Part shown: positions 11,351-24,000 of the stretch, in pieces | Layout of the letters: every line of letters starts with the position of its first letter | Position numbering within the stretch: the stretch's first letter is position 1 | Assembly (NCBI RefSeq): GCF_018350175.1 | Contig: NC_058368.1 | Location: 207,516,001 to 207,580,000 of the forward strand | Length of the DNA: 64,000 nucleotides | Reading direction: 5' to 3' | DNA from: Felis catus | Lineage: Eukaryota | Made by a program: the position numbers and the translations under genes | Notes under the pieces: model-generated | The model's database searches: none | What the model was told of the DNA's origin: nothing | The model's input: the letters and a program-made list of their open reading frames with translations, nothing else

Positions 11351-12810
11351 AGGAATGTTTATTTTCAAATAGAAGACTTTAAAATTTTCTTATTAAATGT
11401 AACTGTTGGTTCAGATGAACGGTTAACTTCTTCTGAAAGAGATGTGAGCATTCAAATGCACTCCTATGTCATCCCTGGAAAGAAGTGTGACATAGAGGAA
11501 AGGCATGACGTGTGGCATCACACCAGCCCAGGATGAGTTCAGCTCTCTGTCCTTCTCTAAATGTGTAAAGTTTTCTGACCTCTGCAATGCTAAATTCTCC
11601 GGGGCTTCATGTTTATTTTGAGGATTTAATAAGATTGCTTGTGTAGAGCCTGTAGCACAGACTGGCACCAAATAGGTGCCCAAGAATTGTTAGTTCCCTT
11701 CCATCTGCCCCTGGTTGTCCCTTGCCATCAGGTGGCATCATACCACCACTTCCAACACAGGAGAATCTTTAAGGGCCTTCTTGAAAGGGAAGTGCATGAG
11801 GTCTCAAAATAAGACCAAGGGTGAGCGGTTCTTATGGTCCAGAAATTCTTTCTTTTTTGTATCTTGATTATAGTCTTGAGTTTATAAACCCATTAGTACT
11901 TATTTCTAGGGGAAACACACTGCATTGTAATCATAAAGATGTAAATGCCAGTGTCATTTAGCCCCATCATTCTTCTCCCCAAACTAACTAAAAAGAGTAA
12001 GTGTTTTCCTTTATTCCATATTTGTTTTCCTACTTCCCTTTATAGCTTTCCATTTTCCCTGTGTGTTATAAAATTTTCCCTCAGGTCAAGTTATCTTTTA
12101 CCTCAATTTCAGTTTGATTAACTTGAGTTACAGTCATGTTGGCATTTTGATAGGACTAGTTATTAGAGATTTTTGTCACTTCATCCCATTTTATTGTCTT
12201 TAAAGAATGAGTGAAGCTACCAAAACCATCTCATTTATGAGAGGGAAGAAGTCGGAAACTGGAAAATTGTAGTCTTTTCCTTTTAGATTGCAGAAATCTA
12301 GCCATTCATAAATGTGCTGAAATATCTATGAAACTTCAAATATTTTGCCCCACAGGTAGGACAAAAAGGGAGAAAAAGTTGGCCAAATTTGCATGTCTAT
12401 ATGTGAAATTAAAGCCAGAAGATATCTTTTTTGTTTTATTATGTTTAAATAATATTTATTTGAAATAATAATTATTTGAAACTCAATAAAAATAGATCTG
12501 TCAGAAAATCTTAAATAAGAATTAATTTGGAAGATGTTTACATCCAGATGGACAAAAATTGTCTTGTCTTCTCATCTCTAAATTCAGCTGTCCTTGTATG
12601 GATCCAAACTTATTCCCTGATCTTTATCGTAGTCCAGTATATTCTAGAGCCAATTTAAAGAATCTCAAGTAAATAAAGCATCTGCTGAAGATTTACTACT
12701 AGATTTACCAGAACTATTCAAAGACCTTCATTAACTCTATGGGACAGTCCTGCTGGCTGGATGCAAAGTATAGTTTATCCTATTTTCAAGGGCAACTATT
12801 GACTCCAGAT

Positions 12811-13005
12811 ATTTATTTATTTATTTGTTTGTTTATTTATTTATTTATAGCAAGTGGGGGGGGAGTGCAGAGGGAGAGAGAGAATCTCAAGCAGGTTCCA
12901 CACCCAGCATAGAGCCCAACCCAGGGCTCAATCTCATGACCATGAGGTCACAACCTGAGCTGAAATCAAGACTCAGATACAACCAACTGAGCCACCCAGG
13001 TGCCC
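12811..13005 (-). mobile_element. Can-SINE
   Basis: (TTTA)n tail, GAGCCACCCAGGTGCCC head; flanking CTCCAGAT repeat. Confidence 0.88.
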
Positions 13006-14787
13006 TGACCTCCAGATTTTTAGATTAGTAGGCATTCCATCTAAAATACCTGTATAACCTTCTTTATTCATACATGGGAAGCCTGGACTTTTCAGATCAA
13101 TATTCTACCTAAGAAAATGGCAACTATAGTGAGTCACCCAGCAACCACTTTTTAAAATTTATCTTCTTGTAGATAAAGTTCAGAAAATAGTTAAAATATT
13201 GTGTTCTTTATTGACTTTGCATGACTTTTAAATCCCTAAAGAGATATGAGATATAGTGTGGTTTGACCTTGAAATAGATTCCAAGTTATTTTGATTTTAT
13301 AAATGCAGTAGAAGTGTTTTTTTGTTTTTTTTTTGTTTTTTTTTTGTTAATTAGAAGCTATTCCATGAGGTAATTAAGCAATCTATAATCACTAATTAAT
13401 TCTTTGGTAAGTTGAAGCATTCAATTTTCTATGGATGACACCTTCAAACATCAGGGATAGTCTTAAGAACTGATCCTTCTATTTAACTATTTAAAGAATT
13501 GGTGAAACCTCTTCCCACCCACACTCCCCACCACACTAAACTATTAACTGGCTTATGTTTAATCCTCTGAGCAAATGAAATCCATTATCTAGATATTTAT
13601 GTTGCAAACAGTTTATCTTGGAGAAAACACTGGGAGGTTATATTACTCTAAAGAATTTCACAGAGATTTTCTAAGTAAAGCAGTTATAGATAACACAACA
13701 CAACATAACAGCGTAATTTAATATACTTTTCCACACTAAACTAAGAAACAAATAAAATAAAAAATAAAGTAACTATGGCCGTGCTCTATGAAGTAGAACC
13801 TCATGGCTCTGATTCTCCATTTGTCCGTGTGCTTCAGCAGACCCCAAACCTCTGTTTGAGGAATGTGTTGACCCAGCCCAAAAATTTTTTCTCAGCCCTT
13901 CTTCAGGCAGAGGAGAAAGAGCCTCACTTTCAGTAATCGCTTTTGTCAGAGTCTTCAACTTTCATGAAAGTATATTATTTCTATTTCCAGCTGGCCTGAA
14001 TGTTAACACAACATTTCTACATTTTATCTCAACAGAATAGCTGAACTTTGGTTTCTTCTTAAGCTTACCACTACAAACTAGTTATAAAAATGTCAGTTGA
14101 GGAAATTACATTTATTAATGATTGCCTGAGAGATATAAAGTTTATTATTTCCTCTAAAGCAATAGCAGCAGAGATCAGTATAGCTAGCATGTAGCAAATT
14201 GGCTTCCTGTGAAGTTTTGTTTTTGCCAAGTTATATAACTCACTGCTTTATTTACTAAAAGGATGTTACATAATACAGTGTCTCCTTTATGAGAACTCAT
14301 GGGAGACATTACTCTTTAAACTCAGTTTCATGGATCATTTTGTTTCTCTTGTGAACGACGTAAATATTTCTTAAATGCATGTGACCATTAAATTCAGTTG
14401 TCTTACTTAGTGCACTAGAAAATATCCCCAAATTTGTGACCCACCTCATGCCAATGGGTCAGTCCTCCTAGCATGAATTTTGTGTTGCCTTTGCCTTCAT
14501 CTTGCCTTTTATCCTCCGTCCTCCCTCTCTTGTTTCCCTCAACCAATCTTATGCACCCACATGTCAGGCTATATTGAGCACTTTCTGGAACAACCTAGGT
14601 AATAATGAATCATTTACCTGCCATTTTTGTTGTGCAACTCTTCGCGGTGAGGCATCGGATGTTAAAGAGCATAAGTATTTCAAGGACCTGTAGTCACGGT
14701 GCTCTGTGTTGTCCTCATTACAGTTATAAAGATGTAGTGAAAGTCAGTCCTAACTCACCTGTATAGGGATAAAAAGAACCCTCACAT

Positions 14788-14925
14788 GGGGCACCTGGGT
14801 GGCTGAGGCAGTTAAGCCTCCAACTCTTGATTTCAGCTCAGGTCATGATCTCATGGTTTGTGGGCTTGAGATCCACGTAGGGCTCTGCGCTGACAATGCA
14901 GGAGTCTGCTTGGGATTCTCTCTCC
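14788..14925 (+). mobile_element. Can-SINE, short
   Basis: GGGGCACCTGGGTGG head; flanks AAGAA(C/A)CCTCA. Confidence 0.85.
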
Positions 14926-15649
14926 GTATATATAAGAAACCTCAATTTACTTCATTTTATTTATTATTTTTTAACGTACTTCATTTTTAAACTATATTTC
15001 AATTTATTTGTATGTTATTAGCACGTTTCATGTTTCATGACTACAAATAGTAGAAAGATACAATTAGCTAGTGTAGGAGACAAAGGAGAACTGTTCTCTT
15101 AATTAATGGAAAGCCAAAGTTTATCAGAAAAAGACACTTCACCAAGTACATTTTCATTGTTCTTTGTCTTCTTGAGGGAGTTTTGCCTCCAGGGTTTGAG
15201 GCTTCTCTGAAATTATGGTCATTACATGACCTTCCTCTTTATCTCTTTGAACACTTTGTTTATGCATTTCATCCACATTGTAGTTTCCCCATGACCCTCT
15301 CTTCCTGTATCTTAGATTATCTGGCCTTGACTTTCCTTTAAAAGGTAAAACAAGATGAATGTCTTTTCCCAAAAATCAAAATAACTCTGCCACATGCTTA
15401 TGTTGTTCATGCCAATGTGGCAATGTCTGTAAGAGGCTACTTTCTTCCAAATAAATATAACATAGTTAAAATCTAAATCCTATATACTAATTTATAAAAG
15501 AGTGTGCTGGTGAACATTTGCATTGACTGTGGAAGTTCTTGGTATATTCTGGATATAAGCCTAGTCTCAGTTAAAGGTATTATAAAAGGTTTTTTTTCAT
15601 TTGAGGACCTTCACCTTTCAATGATATTTTTTGTAACAGATGTTCTCCT

Positions 15650-16120
15650 TTTTACTTTTTATTTTGAAATAATTTTAGACTTACTGTAAAATGGCATAAA
15701 TAGTACAGACAGTAAACCTGCAAAAATAGCACAGAGTTCACATGCACCCTATAACCGGCAGCCCCTGATGTTAACAACTTACACAACCATCGTGCAGTTA
15801 ATCAAAATAAGAAAATTAGCATTGTCTAACCTACAGAGCCTATTTAAAATTCACCAGTTTTTCCCCTAATATCTTTTATCTGTTCCAAGATCCGATCAAG
15901 ATCCCACACTGCAACTAGTTGTAATGGCCCCTTAGTCTCCTCGATTCTGGGACAGTTTCTCAGACTTTTCTCATCTTTCAGGACCTTGACATTTTTTGAT
16001 GAGTCAGCTGTTATGTCAAATGTCCCTCAATTTAGGCTTAGAGAAGATTGAGGTCATCCATTTGGAAAGATACCACAGAAGTGACGTTGCGTCCTTCTCA
16101 GTACATCATATCAGGAATTA
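15650..16120 (-). mobile_element. Ancient L1MC/MD 3' fragment within a longer decayed L1M tract
   Basis: TTTTATTTTGAAATAATTTTAGACTTAC terminus and CAAGATCCCACACTGCA phrase. Confidence 0.65.
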
Positions 16121-16699
16121 TAATGTTGGGGTTTTTTTTATTTTGACACAGTCAAATATATATATTTCTTTTCATTATAGTTAGTGCCATTATGTCCTGT
16201 TTAAAATCTTTCCCTACTTCAAGGTCTTGAAGATGCTGTCCTATCTATTTTCTTGCAGAAGCTTTATTGTTTTGCTTTTACTTTTTGATCTACAATCAAA
16301 CTAGATTTGTTTTTCTGTGAGTGATATAACCTTTGAAGTGACCTGTTAAGAAATCTCCTATGAATATCTCATTGTCCAAGAACAATTTCTATCATTGGTT
16401 ATATCTATTAAAATCAAATATCAGTCTACTTTCAAAGTGCTATGACTTTTTACTTAGATGATTTTAAGATCTACTCCATTATCTTTGGTTTTTTTAGTAG
16501 TTTTACCCTGATATGGCTATGTGTGAAAAAAAATTATAGCCTTGCTTTTCATTAATGGGGTACCTCTGTATCTTCCACTGGCTTGTTTTACTCTCAGCCA
16601 TTAGCTCTTCAAATATTGCTTCTTAAATATTCTCTCCTTCTGGGACTCAAATTATATGGATCTTTTCTCTTCTCCCCCTATCCATTTTTACTATTATTA

Positions 16700-16835
16700 C
16701 TTTAGAGAGAGAGTGGGAGAGATATAGAGCTCCAGCATGGAGCCCAATGCAGGGCTGGATCCCACGATCCTGGGATCATGACCTGAGTCAGAATCAAGAG
16801 TCAGATGCTTAACTGACTGAGCCACCCAGTCACCC
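16700..16835 (-). mobile_element. Can-SINE, short
   Basis: GACTGAGCCACCCAG head and (AG)n. Confidence 0.82.
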
Positions 16836-17000
16836 TGTCTTTTATGTTTCCTACCTTCTTTCTGTATTTCCCAATCTTTTATCACTTTATGCTTCATTGT
16901 CAGTATTTTCTCCTTACCTATATTCTAATTCATTAATTTTGCTTCTGTTGTATCACGGCTTCTATTTAACCAGTCCATAAACTGGCATATTAATGTCAAC

Positions 17001-17411
17001 TTTTTTTTTTTTAACATTTATTCATTTTTGAGAGACAGAGAGAGACAGAGCGTGAGTGTGGAGGGGCAGAGAGAGAGGGAGACACAGGATCTGAAGCAGG
17101 CTCCAGGCTCTGAGCTGTCAACACAGAGCACGGTGGGGGGCTTGAACTCACAAACCATGAGATCATGACCTGAGCAGAAGTCAGAAGCTTAATCGACTGA
17201 GCCACCCAGGCACCCCCAAAATGTTTATTTATTTGTTTTGAGACAGAGAGAGAGCAGGGGTGGGGAGAGACAAGAGAGAGAGGGAGACAGAATCCAAAGC
17301 AGGCTCCAGGCTCTGAGCTGTCAGCACAGAGCCCGATGTAGGGCTTGAACCCACGAACCTCAAAATGGTGACCTGAGCTGAGCTTAACTGACTGAGCCAC
17401 CCAGGTGCCGC
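17001..17411 (-). mobile_element. Two tandem Can-SINEs (17001-17217 and 17219-17411)
   Basis: Two heads and two tails; outer repeat TAAT(G/A)TCAACTT. Confidence 0.92.
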
Positions 17412-18301
17412 TAATATCAACTTATAATATCTTTATTTGTTTATTTTTCCCAAGTCCTCAAATCTTGTCATCCTCACAGCTCTGCTTTAGCTTCTAGGGT
17501 TTCTACTGGTTCTTGTTCATGTCACCTTGTTTCCTTGTGTACCTAGTTATTTTTATTAGGGGCTGAATATTACACTTTAAAAATTCTTCTAGGAGTAGCG
17601 TGAGGCCTTGGAATGATTTTCTTTTCTTCCAAAGAAAATATATGTTTACATCTGGAAAGCTTCTGGGGTTACAATGATTCAAGATTTTTTTAATGCGAAC
17701 CAGACTGCAGTCTCTGCAAGGCCACCCACTTCTGGCTCCCTCTCACTTCCAGGACTGTAGGGCTTTGGGTCCCAACCCAAAGCATGGCTTCTTTTCCTTT
17801 GCTGTCCCTGAATACCAACCTTTCCCCCCACCCCCACCAGCCCAGGGATGTGCTCCTTTACCTCAGTTCCTCTGCAGCCTGTTCCCAAATTAGGCAAATG
17901 TGTCAAAAGGGGACTGTGGCCCAAAAATACTAGGCTCACCTCCCTGAATTTCCACCTCCTCCCAGAACGTAGCCGAATATGTATTACCTCATTAACTCTC
18001 CAGGGCCTTCAAGCAGGTTTTTAATTTTGGTTTTATTTGTCATTGCCCTCAGAGAAAAAAAGCTCAGTTGACATTATTCAATCCATCATTACCCACATGT
18101 AGTATTTTTGTTTTAATCTCTTTCTTGAGTCTTTGGATTCCAGTTCCTTTTAAATTTGTAGCCTCCTGTTTCAAAGTGCTATGCCACCCAAGGACCTCAG
18201 TTTCTAATGATTTATTTACTCAAACAAGTCTTTGAGTCACACAACTGAATTTGCTGATATAGACACCTTCTACATATGTTGTGACTTTTCCACCATAAGA
18301 A

Positions 18302-18486
18302 TTTTGTTGTTGTTGTTGCTGTTGTTGTTGTTGTTGTTTGAGAGAGAGAGCTAGCGAGTGGGGGAGAGGGGCAGAGGCAGAGAAAGAGAGAATCACAAGC
18401 AGGTTCCAGGCTCAGCACAGAGCCTGATACAGGTCTCAATCCCAGGACCCTGGGATGCTCAACTGAGTGAGCCACCCAGGCACCCC
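18302..18486 (-). mobile_element. Can-SINE with (TTG)n tail
   Basis: Head GAGCCACCCAGGCACCCC; flanks TCCACCATA. Confidence 0.85.
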
Positions 18487-19549
18487 TCCACCATAGCGAC
18501 ATTTCAAATTCTGTATGACTGGAATGGTCTTCTTTCTGTCCCAGCACCCTCAAATCTCAGAGGAAGGGTCATTTTCTCAGGAAAGCCCTTCCAAGCTTCC
18601 TCGATTCAGTTGTAGCAACTATGTATTTGACCCCAGGAATTTATGCAGAAGAAACCATATTACTTCATTTTCTTTAATTCTAATTAAATTTGGTATTGAG
18701 ATTCCATCCCTTCCTACTGCTGGAAAATTTATCCTTTAATCATTTGTTGGATGGGGTTCAGGGAGGTCTTACTGCCCAGATCAATACAAGAACCCTGATG
18801 CTCCAGTTGGGGAACTGGGAATATATGTATATATTTAATCCACGGTGGTCACCCTAATAACCTCATTGTTCAAACTCACATGTTCCCTTGAAGTCAAGTG
18901 GTTCCAAGCCTTCTATGCCAAGATTGTACATGGGAGTCCCTGGCAAAACTGGATCCCTAGTCCTTGATATGGACCTGCCTTCTCTAGGGACTCTCTGTTT
19001 TTCCTCAAATAGCTGCCAGAGATCCAGTTTATGGTTTCTTGTCCCCTGAGGGACGTACTAAGTCAGGAGGAATCTCCTGCCTCAGTGGCATTCTTCTCAC
19101 ACCCTTTCTCCCAGTAAAAATTCCTCAGTGGGTTCAGGCTTTTATGGGTGGGGGAAAGCCAACAAAGAATTTGCCTTCAGGGGCTTTCTGATCTTGGCCT
19201 TGCACACAAAGCCCCAGTTTGACAAGAGACACTGGCTACCTGTTGGAAGCGAGGAGGAGGGGAAAAGGCAGCATAAACAATTCACAAAATAATGTCAGTA
19301 TGTTATCCTGAGAAAAGTTTAAGTCCATGATTGTCCATTTTTAAAACACATATACCCATCCCGTATAGTACCTATCATGGTTTCCGTTTTATCTGTGTGA
19401 TTATTTTGATATCAGTCTTCTTGCTTGCATAATGTGACCTCCTTACCTCCATAATGATCACAGAGATCATGCCTAGCTTTGATCACTCCTATAGTCCATC
19501 AGCAAACATCATACCTGCCAATAATAATCATTCAATAAGCCTTTGTTGA

Positions 19550-19762
19550 GGGGCACCTGGGTGGCTCAGTCGGTTAAGCGTCCGACTTCGGCTCAGGTCA
19601 GGATCTCACGGTCTGTGAGTTCGAGCCCCGCGTTAGGCTCTGTGCTGACAGCTTGCAGCCTGGAACCTGCTTCGGATTCTGTGTCTCTCTCTCTCTGACC
19701 CTCCCTCATTCATGCTCTGTCTCTCTCTGTCTCAAAAATAAATAAACATTAAAAAAAAAAAA
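19550..19762 (+). mobile_element. Can-SINE about 105 nt upstream of C9 exon 10
   Basis: Complete body and A tail; TSD CCTTTGTTGA. Confidence 0.93.
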
Positions 19763-19868
19763 CCAACCTTTGTTGAATTAATGAATGGACAAATAATTCA
19801 GTGAATGGTACTGCACAAGCTCCATCAGTAGAAAAAGTTCTAAAATTAAATATTTTGCTTTCTTGTAG

Positions 19869-20100
19869 CTGTCTCCTATATATAATCTGGTTCCAGTGAA
19901 AATAAAAGATGCACACCTAAAGAAACAGAATTTAGAAAGAGCCCTTGAAGATTATATCACTGAATTCAATGTGAGGAAATGCAACCCATGCCAACATGGA
20001 GGTACTGTGATCCTGCTGGATGGAGAATGTCTGTGTACCTGCCCAATGGCATTTACAGGAATTGCCTGTGAAACCAGAAAAAACCCAAAAACTTCTCAAG
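19869..20100 (+). CDS. C9: Complement C9 exon 10 (end of MACPF plus EGF-like domain)
   Basis: [86 protein letters not shown]; donor G|GTGAGA. Confidence 0.97.
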
Positions 20101-20331
20101 GTGAGAGCAACTTATTTTATATCACTAGGGACAAAACTCTGCATTTTGAGGTTACTTAATTTGAAAATTAGGTCTTAAACTAACGTGTATTAAACGTCTA
20201 GGCTATCCATGTAAACAGAGGATAAATAGTGAACACATAAAATGGACAAAGCAGACTTTATAGGTCTTTTAGCATGCAATTTTACATCTTCTACCTCTAC
20301 ATTTAAACAGAATTATTATTTTTTTAACTGT

Positions 20332-20679
20332 AATGATTGGCGCTTGAACAACATGAGTTTGAACTGAATGAGCCCACTTATTGGGCTCAATTGTGGATAT
20401 TTTACAGTATAGTACTATACATATATTTTCTCTTCCTTACAACTTTCTTAATAAAATTTTCTTTTCCCTAGCTTACTTTATTGTAATGATACCCTATATA
20501 ACACATATAACATACAAGTGTGTATTAATCAACTCTTTATGTTATTGGTAAAGCTTCTGGTCAACAGTAAGCTCTTAGTAGTTAAGTTTTGGGAGAGTCA
20601 AAAGTTATACATAGATTTTCAACTGTGTGGGGCATCAGTACCCCTAACCTTTGTTAGCATTGTTCAAGGGTCAACTGTA
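20332..20679. mobile_element. Tigger2-family (TcMar) non-autonomous DNA transposon
   Basis: Right TIR TTGTTCAAGGGTCAACTG followed by TA; degenerate left TIR ...CTTGAACAA. Confidence 0.8.
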
Positions 20680-21109
20680 ATTTTTTTAAGCAAGTAAGCA
20701 AAATTCCTAATCTCTCTAAAATCTTTTAATATTTTTCAATGAAGGTTTCTTCACATGTTCTTATAAATACCCTTGCATAAGATGCACCTCAAAGTTGAAT
20801 ACCCAAGACCTATGTCTTTTAGGTTTGCTTTTTCGGATTGCAAGAAACAGATACAGACAATACAATCGCCTCCACAATTACAGTTCGTGTTTATGAAGAT
20901 CTGAAATATAATTTATCACTGTTAAAGATACAAAACCCTGTCAAGATATTCAAAAATTGCTGTAGCAACCTAATTATCTTGTTGTTAATACTGTAATAAC
21001 ACTGCCATTTTCATGACTCTGTTTCTCTCTCTCTTTATCACCTCTGCTTCTACTGCTTCTATCTTTTCTCAGTGCCTTCTGCATTCAAAATTTCCTAAGA
21101 CTCTATGGA

Positions 21110-21548
21110 GGATGTCATGGTACACAGCCCGGGTCTGCCTTCAGGATCAAGCACCCATCCCCCCACCTCCTATGAGTGTAACCTGCTGACATTTCACAGC
21201 TGAGTCTCTCTTCAGGAATTGCCCTGTAACAAGGGAGTGGTGCCCAAGATTATGCTCCCAATCTGAAAGAAGCCCATATCTGATAATTGGTCAATGTGGT
21301 TGGTATCTGATGGGCCGTCCCTCTTGCGTCAATTGGGACAGCTCTGGAGCACTATTCAGCTTTGGAGTTTCTTGTATGATTTGCTGAAGCCTCTGTTGCA
21401 AGAGCATTACAGTTGAACTTCCCCTTATTCCCAATTGTGCTCCCCATACTCCTAACATATTTTCCCCCCAAAACACATGCTAATAAATCTATTGCATACA
21501 AACTCAGATGCTCAGAGTCTCTTTCCAAGGAAATGCTATCTGCTACAA
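21110..21548 (+). mobile_element. Ancient ERVL-type solo LTR (LTR16-like)
   Basis: AATAAA...CAAACTC...CTCAGAGTCTCTTTCCAAGGAA terminus resembles LTR16/33-class ends. Confidence 0.5.
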
Positions 21549-22079
21549 AATCTGGTTGGGTCAATTGAATATTATTCCATTATCCAATACATAGTGTTCC
21601 GAACAGGAGGAATTTCTAATGATAGCATAAGCTCCTGGCCTTCCTTATGTCTGTTCTATATATAGCAGACTTTTGCCAAGACACTGACTTTTGTTTCAAA
21701 CATATATGGACACAGTAGCAGGGTCAATTATCTAAAACAAGGTTTTTATATGTTTGCTTTAATTAAAAGCAAAAACTAGACTGTGGGCACAGAAGGTGCT
21801 TGGGACTCATGGACTCACAGTAAGATACACTTGTAAAAGACTAACCAAAGACTTGAATTTGGGGAAGGTGTTCAGGAACTATTTGGTATTATTATTATTG
21901 ATGCTCATCTCTACATCTTTTTCTTAATATGCAAGCAAATAAGAAACACACACACACACCTTCCTTCTCGATTTGTGTTCTTAACCCAATGGTAGTAAAG
22001 TATATACATTGATCCATGTCTGGTTTCATCACTTAAAATATATCTTAGAGATGTTTCCTTATTGTTTATTATTATTATT

Positions 22080-22848
22080 GTTATTATTACTTATTCATTT
22101 TTATTTAAGCTAAAAAAAACAGATCACCAGTTTCTCCCATTCCACCCCCACCTCCACCTCTCACAACCGCCAATCTGTTCTCTGTATCTATGAGTTTGGT
22201 GTTTTGTTTTTCTGTTTCTTTAGATTCCACGTATAAGAGATTATATAGCACTTCTCTTTCTCTGTATGACTTATTTCATTTGCCACGATGCCCTCAAGGT
22301 GCATAAATGTTGTTCTTTTTTATGGCTGAATAATATTCCATTGCATATATATATACCACAGTTTCTTTATCCATTTATCCATTGATGGACACTTAAGTTG
22401 CTTCCATGTCTTGGCTATTATAAATAGGGCTGCAATAAACATAGGGGTGCATATATCTTTTTGATTTAGTGTTTTCATTTTCTTCAGATAAATAACCAGA
22501 AGATAAATAACCAGAAGATCCACCAGAATTGGTGGATCATATAGTAGTTCTATTTTTAATTTTTTTAGGAAACTCCGTAACATTTTCCATAGTAGCTGCA
22601 CCAATTTACATTCCCACCAGTAGTGTGCGTGGGTTTACTAACACTTGTTATCTCTTGTCACATCTTCACGAACACTTATTGGTTTTTTATCTTTTTGATA
22701 ATAGCCATTCAAACAGGTGTGAAGTGATATCTCCCTGTGGTGGCGATTTGCATTGATATTAAGCATCCTTCATGTTCCTATTGGCCATCTGTATGTCTTT
22801 TTTGGAGAAATGTCTATTCAGATCTTCTTCTGCCCATTCCTTAATCAA

Positions 22849-22896
<48 letters not shown>

Positions 22897-23250
22897 TGCT
22901 ATTGAGTAGCATGAGCTCTTTATGAATTTTGGATATTAGCCCCTTATCAGATATATGGTTTGCAAATATTTTCTCCCATTCAGTAGGTTGCCTTTCCATT
23001 TTGTTGATTTCCTTTGCTGTGCAGAAGCTTTTTAGTTTGCTGTAGTCCCACTTGTTTTTTGCATTTTGTGTTTTGTTTTTGTTTTTCTGTTTGTTTTTTG
23101 TTTTTGTTTTTTAGCTTTTGATGCTTTTGCTTTTTGTGTTAGATTCAAAGAGTCACTGCCAAGACCCATGTCGAGGAGTTTCCTATGTTTTCTTCTAAGA
23201 GCTTTATGGTTACAGATCTCACCTTCAAGACCTCAATCCATTTTGAATTA
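22080..23250 (-). mobile_element. Older L1 3' fragment
   Basis: ORF 22320-22604 (-) resembles the ORF2 C-terminus; T-rich tail near 22080. Confidence 0.85.
22850..22896. repeat. (TTA)n microsatellite
   Basis: About 15 units inside an L1 fragment. Confidence 0.95.
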
Positions 23251-24000
23251 ATTAATCCTACCCTATTGGATTATTTTCATACTTTTATCTCTTTGAAGAT
23301 GTTAAACATGTTCATTTGGGAGTCTTTCTCTAGTTGCTCGAGAAAATATAATTTCTGCACTGCAATTTTTTGCCTATTGAGTGTACTAATTCATCCTCAT
23401 GGCATTTTTTTCTGACTTGTGTACTTAGTAATTTTTTTATTACAGGCTTAATCCTCAGTGGAAATTGTTTCCTGTGGGAATCCTGTTACTCTGGGTAGTC
23501 TTAAGGTTCACTTGTTTTTTATGAAGTCCTGTTGTTTTCATTTATTTTGTACCAGTTTTTTATGTAAGTTTCTTCATTCAGTTTCCATATTTTGTGTTTA
23601 ATGGATAATGAAGATCAAGTTCCCTTCCCCTACATACATGATAGTTCTAAGGACACTAGTGTCTTCTGGTTGACTTTTCATACCTGACCCAGGATGGTCC
23701 ACCAGTTCCTAGATGAGACACTAGATCATGGTGCAGTCTTTCTTGCTGAATCTTTCTCTCAAGAAAGCTCTTCCAGGCAACCCATTTCCTACAAAATGTT
23801 CAGTTCCAGCATCCCATTTAAATTGGGATCGAAAACCTTAAACATCACCTTTTTTTTTAATTTAATTTTTTTTATTTTTTTTAAATTTACATCCAAATTA
23901 GTTAGCATATAAGGCAACAATGATTTCAGGAGTAGATTCCTTAATGCCCCTTACCCATTTAGCCCATCCCCCCTCCCACAACCCCTCCAGTAACCCTCTG

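Noticed and set aside
19550..19630. tRNA genes
   Set aside because: A/B-box-like motifs belong to tRNA-derived SINE heads; no standalone cloverleaf seen.
20369..20389. Hairpin TGAGCCCA-CTTAT-TGGGCTCA
   Set aside because: 8-bp stem inside a Tigger element; too short to support an ncRNA.
21200..21230. TCTCTCTTCAG|GAATTGCCCTGTAA as an alternative C9 last exon (GIAL*)
   Set aside because: Lies in an LTR-like remnant; the 31220 exon matches the human GLPA start and 3'UTR far better.
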